Of a stretch of DNA of 64,000 nt, positions 57,417 through 64,000 are shown piece after piece. The number at the start of each line of letters is the position of its first letter. The stretch's first letter is position 1. This DNA is from Pseudomonadota bacterium (GTDB lineage Bacteria > Bdellovibrionota_B > Oligoflexia > Silvanigrellales > Silvanigrellaceae). The stretch is from positions 1-64,000 of the forward strand of contig JBDLRP010000020.1 of NCBI GenBank assembly GCA_039799905.1, in the 5' to 3' direction. The translations under genes were made by a program, and so were the position numbers. A model generated the notes under the pieces. It made no database searches. It was given only the letters and a program-made list of their open reading frames with translations, and had not been told where the DNA came from.

Positions 57417-58676
57417 TCAGTTCAGGGTCGCTGCTCTGACCGCATCGAGATTGGGATCTATTTCGCACACCAACTGAGATGTACTCTGCGGATGCGAAAA
57501 GATCACTTCAGAATCCTTCAGCACATTGCCTGTTAGCACAGCGACCACACTCTCGCGCGCGCAGATGACCCCCTGCGCGCGCAGTGTTTTAATGCCGGCC
57601 AGAGTGCATGCACTCGCTGGCTCGCACCCCAGACCGCTGCGATCAATCTGCTGCTTGGCAGCGAGAATTTCTTCATCACTCACCTGCATGACCAAACCGT
57701 TTGTTTGCTCGATGACGCGCACTGCTTTGAGATAGTTGACAGGATTTCCAATGCGGATGGCGGTTGCTATGGTTTCGGCCCTGACGCTCTCAAAAGTTCT
57801 GAACTGTTTTTGAAAACTGAGAACGAATGGATTCGCTCCTGCAGCCTGCACCGACACAATGCGCGGAAGTTTGTCTATCCATCCCCACGCGAGTGCTTCT
57901 TGAAGCGCCTTTCCAAACGCCGATGTGTTGCCAAGGTTTCCTGCCGGAACAACAATCCAGTTGGGCACATTCCATTGCCGCTGCGCGAGCATTTCCCAAA
58001 TAATCGTTTTCTGACCTTCGAGTCGGTATGGGTTGAGCGAGTTGACCAAGTAAAATCCGAGCTCGTGCGCAGATTGCTCGACGAGGTTCATAGCGGCATC
58101 AAAATCGCCGCGGACAGCAAGACACTGCGCTCCGTAGGCGATGGCCTGGGAGAGTTTGCCCATGGCAATTTTTCCAGCGGGAAGAAAGACAACTGAAGGA
58201 ATACCAGCCTGTGCGGCGTAAGCTGCGAGTGCAGCACTCGTGTTGCCCGTCGAGGCGCAGGCAATGGTCTTGGCAGAACGGGCTTTTGCAACCGACACAG
58301 CCACCGTCATGCCGCGATCTTTGAATGAGCCGGTCGGATTTTCACCTTCGTGCTTGAAAGACAAATCATCTACACCAGACCATTGGCTGAGTGACTCACG
58401 ACGATAAATTCGCGTGTGTCCTTCCGGATGAGTCACGACGAAATCAGCCGGCAAAGGCAAGACAGCCTCATGAAAGCGCCACACTCCGCTGGCATGCATT
58501 CCGGCGCTTTCGCTGCTGCGCGCCGTCATTGCATCGCGATCAGCTTTATTGAAAACACGCCCGTGCCTCACCTCCAGCAATCCGCGCTGAGGACATGTGC
58601 AACGGTAATCATTCACATCCCACGGATACTTTGCGGAACATACAACGCACTCAAGTGAAATCGGCATTTGCTTCAT
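57417..58676 (-). CDS. thrC: Threonine synthase
   Basis: KHEGENPTGSFKDRGM, CASTGNTSA, NSLNPYRLEGQKT, GNLGN, TAIRIGNP, CEPASA, LTGNVLKD. Confidence 0.96.
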   Translation of the reverse strand: MKQMPISLECVVCSAKYPWDVNDYRCTCPQRGLLEVRHGRVFNKADRDAMTARSSESAGMHASGVWRFHEAVLPLPADFVVTHPEGHTRIYRRESLSQWSGVDDLSFKHEGENPTGSFKDRGMTVAVSVAKARSAKTIACASTGNTSAALAAYAAQAGIPSVVFLPAGKIAMGKLSQAIAYGAQCLAVRGDFDAAMNLVEQSAHELGFYLVNSLNPYRLEGQKTIIWEMLAQRQWNVPNWIVVPAGNLGNTSAFGKALQEALAWGWIDKLPRIVSVQAAGANPFVLSFQKQFRTFESVRAETIATAIRIGNPVNYLKAVRVIEQTNGLVMQVSDEEILAAKQQIDRSGLGCEPASACTLAGIKTLRAQGVICARESVVAVLTGNVLKDSEVIFSHPQSTSQLVCEIDPNLDAVRAATLN

Positions 58677-59596
58677 AACAGACGCGCTCCGCTTTGGGAG
58701 ATTTTTGTGACGACACCCTCGGCGTTCAAGGGTGCAAAGGCTTTCACCATCGCCGGCAACGCGCGTTGCGCATTATCAGCAGAGTCAAAGATTGCAAAAA
58801 TGGTTGGTCCGGCTCCACTGATGGAGGCACCGAGAGCACCGGAGTCGAGGGCTGCCTGTTTGACGCTGGCAAAGTTGGGTATCAGGTGTGAACGCGCGGG
58901 TTCAGCGAATGTGTCGTGAAGCGAGTCTTTGATGAGTTGTGAATTTCCGCAAGAGAGGCCAACGGCCAAACCAATGCTGAAGGCCATCTGTTGCGTCCAC
59001 TGTGCAGTGTTGAGGGAAGTCGGCAAAACGCCGCGCGCCTGTTTGGTGCTCAATTGCAACTGCGGCGTGACAACCACAATGTGGAAATTTCCCTGAACCG
59101 GAATTTTCTGCACAAGCGGGGGGTCGAGCCGCTGAACAAGAGTCACACCACCAAAGTAACACGGAGCGATGTTGTCGAGATGCCGGCCAGCCACCATGGA
59201 TTCGCCGGCGAGCGCCGCAGAAAGAATCTCCTGATCTGTGAATGGTTGGCCACATGCGTGCGCAGCCGCCAACGCTCCACCCACGGCTGCAGCTGCGCTC
59301 GACCCCAAACCGCCGGAGACAGGCAGCCGGCGCGACACAGTCACCTGCACCCCAAAATCTTGTGTGCCTTCTTTTTCCATCAGGTAGGCCAACGCCGAAC
59401 GGACGATCACATTGCGGTCGGGATCGGTCGGAATCAGTTCGGCATCACGGCCTATCACAGAAAGAATCTGCGACGGTCCCTTCACAATCTGCAGAGCAAT
59501 TTCATCACCGAACGAATCGAGCGCCATGCCGAGAACATCAAACCCCGGACCGATGTTGCCGATCGTTGCCGGAACAAAAACTTTCACCGCGTTCAT
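58673..59596 (-). CDS. thrB: Homoserine kinase
   Basis: VPAT.GN.GPGFDVLG, P.SGGLGSSAA (GHMP motif), HLDNIAP, AEP.R..LIP, ISGAGPT. Confidence 0.96.
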   Translation of the reverse strand: MNAVKVFVPATIGNIGPGFDVLGMALDSFGDEIALQIVKGPSQILSVIGRDAELIPTDPDRNVIVRSALAYLMEKEGTQDFGVQVTVSRRLPVSGGLGSSAAAAVGGALAAAHACGQPFTDQEILSAALAGESMVAGRHLDNIAPCYFGGVTLVQRLDPPLVQKIPVQGNFHIVVVTPQLQLSTKQARGVLPTSLNTAQWTQQMAFSIGLAVGLSCGNSQLIKDSLHDTFAEPARSHLIPNFASVKQAALDSGALGASISGAGPTIFAIFDSADNAQRALPAMVKAFAPLNAEGVVTKISQSGARLL

Positions 59597-59599
59597 CTT

Positions 59600-62167
59600 T
59601 CAGCGTCCAAAATGAGAGACTGCAATTGAAACAACGTCATTGAGCACTCCAGCTGCCGTCACCTCGGCACCCGCTCCCGGACCTGTGACGACCAACGGAT
59701 TGGAGCTGTACCGACGGGTACGGAAGACAATTTGATTGTCGGTTCCGCGCAATCCGCCGAGCGGCGACGATTGCGCAACCATTTCAAGCCCCACCGAGAG
59801 GCGATCTTTTTCAATGCGTGCAACAAACCTTGGCACAGCTGAATTTTTTCGCCCCTCTTCAACCATATCGGCAATTTCATCATCCATCGCGCGCAGCCGG
59901 TTGACGAAGACGTCGGGATTTGGATCGTATAAGTCGCTTTTGTAGAGCGGAGATATCGCAATATCTGTGAGTTCGGCTTCGCGTCCGATCGTACGCGCCA
60001 GAATCAGCGCCTTGCGTGCCACATCGAGGCCGGACAGATCATCAGCCGGATGTGGCTCGGTGTAACCCAGACGCCGGGCCTCCCCGACCGCCGTTGAGAA
60101 GCGCACACCCGCGGTGAGCTGGGTAGAAATGTAGCCGAGCGTACCCGACAAGCAGCCGAGCACACTTTCAATGGCATCACCGGCTGACTGCAGTTTTGCA
60201 ATCGTGTCCAGCACGGGCAAACCCGCACCGACGGTTGCCTCATGCCGCACGGTGACCCCTTTGGCGGCCGCCAGTGAGAGCATTTGCCGGTACTGCTGCA
60301 TGCCGACCGTAAGGGGCTTTTTGTTGGCGAGCACCACGTGGAAACCCTGTTCAATAAATTCCATCAGAGTGGCCCACGTGTCGTCGGCCGTCACATCGAC
60401 AACAACACCCTTGGCCACCGCATGTGTGAACAAACCGCGCCGCAGCGATTGAATCGCCGAGTCGCCTTTTGGATTGACAAACTTAAGTCCCGCCTCCTTG
60501 TCGCGCAAAAGTGCATTGAGGTCGGTGTCGGTAAAACCCTCGGCATTGATGATTGCCGCCGAGCGATCCACCACAGCCAAGCAACCGGCACTCATTCCCA
60601 GTTGTGATGCGAGATAAGCCTTTTGGCTCATCACCTGCTTCAAGAATGTGCGGCCAATCTGACCGCATCCAAGCATGACGAGATCGATGTGTTTTTCGAT
60701 CCGTTCAGGCAGCGGACGCAATTTCTCCAAACGGAACTCGACATGCAATTCATTGAGCGCGGCCTTGACGTCGGCATCCAAAATGACAAGTGATATGTTC
60801 AATTCCGACGAGCCTTGCGCAATTGCAAGGATGTTGATTCTTTTGCGCGAAAGGGCGCTGAAAACACGTGAGGCAATGCCCGGGGTGCCCTTCATTCCCA
60901 GACCAACGACAGCCAAAACGGCAATGTTGGCAACGCTTTTGATATCATCCACAAGGCGCGCAGAACGCTCGAATTCAAAAGCCTCATTGAGAACGCGTTG
61001 CGCTGTTGCGGCCTGTTCAGAGGGAACCACAAAACAAATACTCGATTCACTCGAAGCCTGAGTGATGACCGACACAGAAATTCCATGCGCGGCAAGCGTA
61101 TTGAAAGTTTTGCCGGCAATCCCCGGCACTCCGAGCATTCCGTTGCCTGCCACCGTCAACATCGCCTGTGCAGACATTGCCGTCATGGCCTTTACCGGAA
61201 AATCGCCGGCGGGCGCAGCCGACGTCACGCGTGTTCCGGCGAATTCGGGTGATTTGCTGTTTTTGATTGTCAGCGGAATTTCATCGTCAAGTAGGGGGAT
61301 AATGCTGCGCGGATGTAGAACCTTCGCACCATAGTAGGCCAGCTCCGTGGCTTCGCGGTAGTTGAGTTCGGGCACAACCCTTGCATCCGCCACAAAGCGC
61401 GGATCAGCAGTAAGAAAGCCGTCAACTTCCTTGTAGAGTGTCACATGTCGCGCACGCAGCAAGCCAGCGATCAAAGTGGCAGAGAAATCGGAACCGCCGC
61501 GGCCGAGCGTCATCAGCTCACCCTCAGGACCAGTGGCAATGTACCCCGGAACTACCACAATCTTCTTTTTGGCCAGCGCCGGAATTATCTTCTCCGCCAT
61601 CGCGGAACGACACTTCTCGACGTGCGGAACGAGAGTTGAAAAGCGATTGCTGACAAACAGAATCTCGGTTGCGTCGACAAGTTCGGCCAATTGCAAACGT
61701 TCAGTAAAAGCATACGAAAAAATCAGCGCCGACATACGCTCGCCGCGCGCAACCGCAACATCGATGGTGCGGGTGGTCAGCTCGCGCAGAACTGTGAGGC
61801 TCGTGCAAATCGAGCGCAACTCTTCAAAGGATTTTTTCAGCTCGGCCAGTGCTACATTCTTGCGCCGTTCGTCCGTTATCAGCGCATGCGCAAGTTCCTC
61901 ATGACGGCGAAAAAAAGAATCTGCGGCAACTTCCGCCGCAGCAGTTTCACCTTTAGCAGCATGCCTGACAGCACTGTGCAGCAGGTCGGTAATTCCGGCC
62001 ATGGCGGAGACAACCACAACAACAGGAACAGACGTCTCGGCAACAATTGCCATCGCGCGCCGGACTGCCTCAGCAGAGCCCACCGATGTTCCGCCGAACT
62101 TGAAAACTTCACATTCAAACTGCGTATTCAAAGACGATTCTGTTGTTTCCATTGCAACGTCCGCCAT
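59600..62167 (-). CDS. thrA: Bifunctional aspartokinase/homoserine dehydrogenase
   Basis: KFGGTSV, LGRGGSD.SA, two ACT domains, GCGQIG, ANKK, EATVGAGLP, GYTEP.P..DLSG.DVARK, GPGAGAEVTA. Confidence 0.97.
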   Translation of the reverse strand: MADVAMETTESSLNTQFECEVFKFGGTSVGSAEAVRRAMAIVAETSVPVVVVVSAMAGITDLLHSAVRHAAKGETAAAEVAADSFFRRHEELAHALITDERRKNVALAELKKSFEELRSICTSLTVLRELTTRTIDVAVARGERMSALIFSYAFTERLQLAELVDATEILFVSNRFSTLVPHVEKCRSAMAEKIIPALAKKKIVVVPGYIATGPEGELMTLGRGGSDFSATLIAGLLRARHVTLYKEVDGFLTADPRFVADARVVPELNYREATELAYYGAKVLHPRSIIPLLDDEIPLTIKNSKSPEFAGTRVTSAAPAGDFPVKAMTAMSAQAMLTVAGNGMLGVPGIAGKTFNTLAAHGISVSVITQASSESSICFVVPSEQAATAQRVLNEAFEFERSARLVDDIKSVANIAVLAVVGLGMKGTPGIASRVFSALSRKRINILAIAQGSSELNISLVILDADVKAALNELHVEFRLEKLRPLPERIEKHIDLVMLGCGQIGRTFLKQVMSQKAYLASQLGMSAGCLAVVDRSAAIINAEGFTDTDLNALLRDKEAGLKFVNPKGDSAIQSLRRGLFTHAVAKGVVVDVTADDTWATLMEFIEQGFHVVLANKKPLTVGMQQYRQMLSLAAAKGVTVRHEATVGAGLPVLDTIAKLQSAGDAIESVLGCLSGTLGYISTQLTAGVRFSTAVGEARRLGYTEPHPADDLSGLDVARKALILARTIGREAELTDIAISPLYKSDLYDPNPDVFVNRLRAMDDEIADMVEEGRKNSAVPRFVARIEKDRLSVGLEMVAQSSPLGGLRGTDNQIVFRTRRYSSNPLVVTGPGAGAEVTAAGVLNDVVSIAVSHFGR

Positions 62168-62321
62168 CCATCATTCCGCTCACGATTTGCCCGAACAACC
62201 TCGTTGCAAATCAGGGAGAAGGATATATGCAAACGCCAAAGTCTCAACACGCGGCGACGTTGACGCATAATCTTACGACCGCGTTTGCTAGCATTAAAAT
62301 GCTGTTCAAAAAGGAGACAAT

Positions 62322-62921
62322 ATGAAAATACTTCTCGCACTCCCTGTTCTGATTTTTGCAAACGGCTGCAGCGTAAAAGAGTCGTCAGACAGTAGCGCCG
62401 GCAGTTCAACTACAGTTCTTGAAGGCACATGGTCGACCGGTTGCGTCTCCGCGGATGGCCCATCATCAAAAAGAGTTATCACTGTAAAAGGAAACACGAT
62501 AAGCCAGACCTTCAATGGTTTTTCCGATGCCTCATGTGCAAGCGACCTTGTTCAAGCTAGGCAAGAGGCAACATTCACTTTGGGTGCTGCCGCAACTGCT
62601 CCGGCGGGTGCAGCCAAGATCGACATCGCGAATAGTAAGGAATTTTTAACCCCAAAATCCGATGTCTATGTCAATTCTCTAAATACAAGTCCGGGTTTTG
62701 GAAACTACGGAAAATCCGACTGGGCATTGAATGTTGAAGTCGAAATCACCGGAAAAAAAGACGATGGTTCAGCCGAACCCGAAACAACTGAATTCAATAT
62801 TTACTCAGTTTCGGGGACGACTCTTTGCCTTGGGAAAACAAGTGACACAAATGACGGCAAATCAGACGCAAAACGACCAACGACGCTTGCAACCGGAGTA
62901 GAGTGTCTGACAAAACAATAA
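62322..62921 (+). CDS. Hypothetical lipoprotein (lipocalin-like GTW motif)
   Basis: AAGGAG RBS; lipobox ANGC; LEGTW...C with further Cys. Confidence 0.75.
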   Translation: MKILLALPVLIFANGCSVKESSDSSAGSSTTVLEGTWSTGCVSADGPSSKRVITVKGNTISQTFNGFSDASCASDLVQARQEATFTLGAAATAPAGAAKIDIANSKEFLTPKSDVYVNSLNTSPGFGNYGKSDWALNVEVEITGKKDDGSAEPETTEFNIYSVSGTTLCLGKTSDTNDGKSDAKRPTTLATGVECLTKQ

Positions 62922-63090
62922 AGACAAAAAGCCATACTGACCAACTCGATTTTGAGCATTCAAAGACGCGATACCACCCTCATTATAAAATCCTAATTTA
63001 TTTATCATAATCGGCATTACTAAAGAAAAATGAAATTTATTCCGATCCGGTGTCTGCTGCTGCGATAAAATTCATTTTTGGGAGGTCACC

Positions 63091-64000
63091 TTGGTAAAGT
63101 CTACCTTGGTCCTGATGCAAATCGCTTTGCTTGCTGCCAGTTGTTCCAATTCGAACTACGTCGGCGATGCCAACAAAAAAACTGGCATCGGGAGCTCTCG
63201 TCCATCGGGAGAAGATGCAAAATCAAAGAGCGGTGATTCAAGACAATCACGCAAGGAAAGTTTTACGTTGTCACCCACAGCTGGAAAAGTCGACATCGTC
63301 TGGATTGTCGATCAATCCGGTTCAATGTTAGAGGAAACTGATCACGTCCAAAAAAATTTGAAGGAGTTCTTTTCACGCATCGATGCGGCAAGCGATGCAC
63401 GGCTTGCGCTGATTGCAGCCAAACGTGGAATGCTCGGTCTGGACCTGGAAAGCATTGGAATATCATCCGAAAAAGTTAAACAAATCGATTACGAGGTGCA
63501 GAGTAACGACGCCCTGGAAATCGCTGTTGCAGCATTCAGCCGTCAGGATGTCACGACGATGGGCAACAGTGCGTTCGAAATTCAAGGAAGCTTGGAGGGA
63601 TTCTTCAGACCATCGGTCAAGCCGGTCATTGTTGTCGTTACGGATGATGATGCGTATGGGGTTGATTCAAACAACTTCATGGAGCAGATTTCCGACCCTC
63701 AAAAGGCTCTGGGCTTCAAACCCGTGGTCTTTGCATTTGCCGGCTTGAAAGAATCGACTTTCGTCGACAGTGAAAGCACAGGGATTTGCGAAGTTTCTTC
63801 GATAGGCAGGTCATACATTGAACTAGCAAAACAATCCGAGCCAAACGGCGCCGTGTTTGATATTTGTGAAAAGGATTGGACAAAGAACTTTCAGCAATTG
63901 AGTGCAGGTGTACTTGCTACGGCCGAAAACTCGCTGAAGTTGAAAAATGCCACTGAAAAAATATTACAGGTCACTCTCAACGGGCAAAAACTCGATGCGT
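63091..64000 (+). CDS. vWA-domain lipoprotein, truncated by the window end (absent from the ORF track)
   Basis: Hand translation from TTG 63091 after GGAGG: MVKSTLVLMQIALLAASC..., VDIVWIVDQSGSM (MIDAS DxSxS), FFRP, IVVVTDDD, VFDICEKDW; frame open to 64000. Confidence 0.85.
   Translation, partial: MVKSTLVLMQIALLAASCSNSNYVGDANKKTGIGSSRPSGEDAKSKSGDSRQSRKESFTLSPTAGKVDIVWIVDQSGSMLEETDHVQKNLKEFFSRIDAASDARLALIAAKRGMLGLDLESIGISSEKVKQIDYEVQSNDALEIAVAAFSRQDVTTMGNSAFEIQGSLEGFFRPSVKPVIVVVTDDDAYGVDSNNFMEQISDPQKALGFKPVVFAFAGLKESTFVDSESTGICEVSSIGRSYIELAKQSEPNGAVFDICEKDWTKNFQQLSAGVLATAENSLKLKNATEKILQVTLNGQKLDA

Noticed and set aside
62227..62325. 32-codon Thr-containing ORF (MQTPKSQHAATLTHNLTT...) next to thrA as a thrL-type attenuator leader
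   Set aside because: It is on the strand opposite the thr operon, Thr codons are not tightly clustered, and no terminator/antiterminator pair was seen on the thr strand.
1..64000. tRNA, rRNA, CRISPR arrays, transposases, integrases, prophage genes
   Set aside because: None recognised by eye in the ORFs or the short intergenic regions; tRNAscan-SE, cmscan and a CRISPR finder would be needed to exclude them formally.

Overview
Gene-dense bacterial chromosomal window. It is most consistent with Bdellovibrionota/Oligoflexia (inference from a TIGR02147-family gene, many orphan lipoproteins, and PEGA, vWA and P-domain proteins). Recognisable housekeeping genes: beta-carbonic anhydrase, sbcD-sbcC, archaeal/eukaryote-type proS, HDAC-family deacetylase, glutaredoxin, tkt, dinB, a MacAB/LolCDE-like ABC system, flbD, yajQ, an MFS transporter, yceD, dprA, dusB, an sbtA-sbtB-like pair and thrABC. 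Uncharacterised secreted proteins and lipoproteins are interspersed. The best candidate for an undescribed system is the three-gene minus-strand operon at 5111-8925. Its first and third proteins share a domain with several collinear motifs (YPC, F-x-L-x-S-x-x-x-G-A-x-[YF]-x-V-D-x-C, and an exact FRRNDL), and they flank a cysteine-rich 509-aa secreted protein. This layout resembles a major subunit, assembly factor and tip subunit of a surface fibre. Other highlights: a lipoprotein homologue of the oomycete GP42 transglutaminase retaining a Pep-13-like motif, a degenerate SbtB next to a His/Cys-rich protein, head-to-head ceramidase-like paralogues, a caspase-like lipoprotein and two sigma-54-type promoters. 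No rRNA, tRNA, CRISPR array, integrase or transposase was recognised. All family assignments come from motif recognition by eye; no database search was run.
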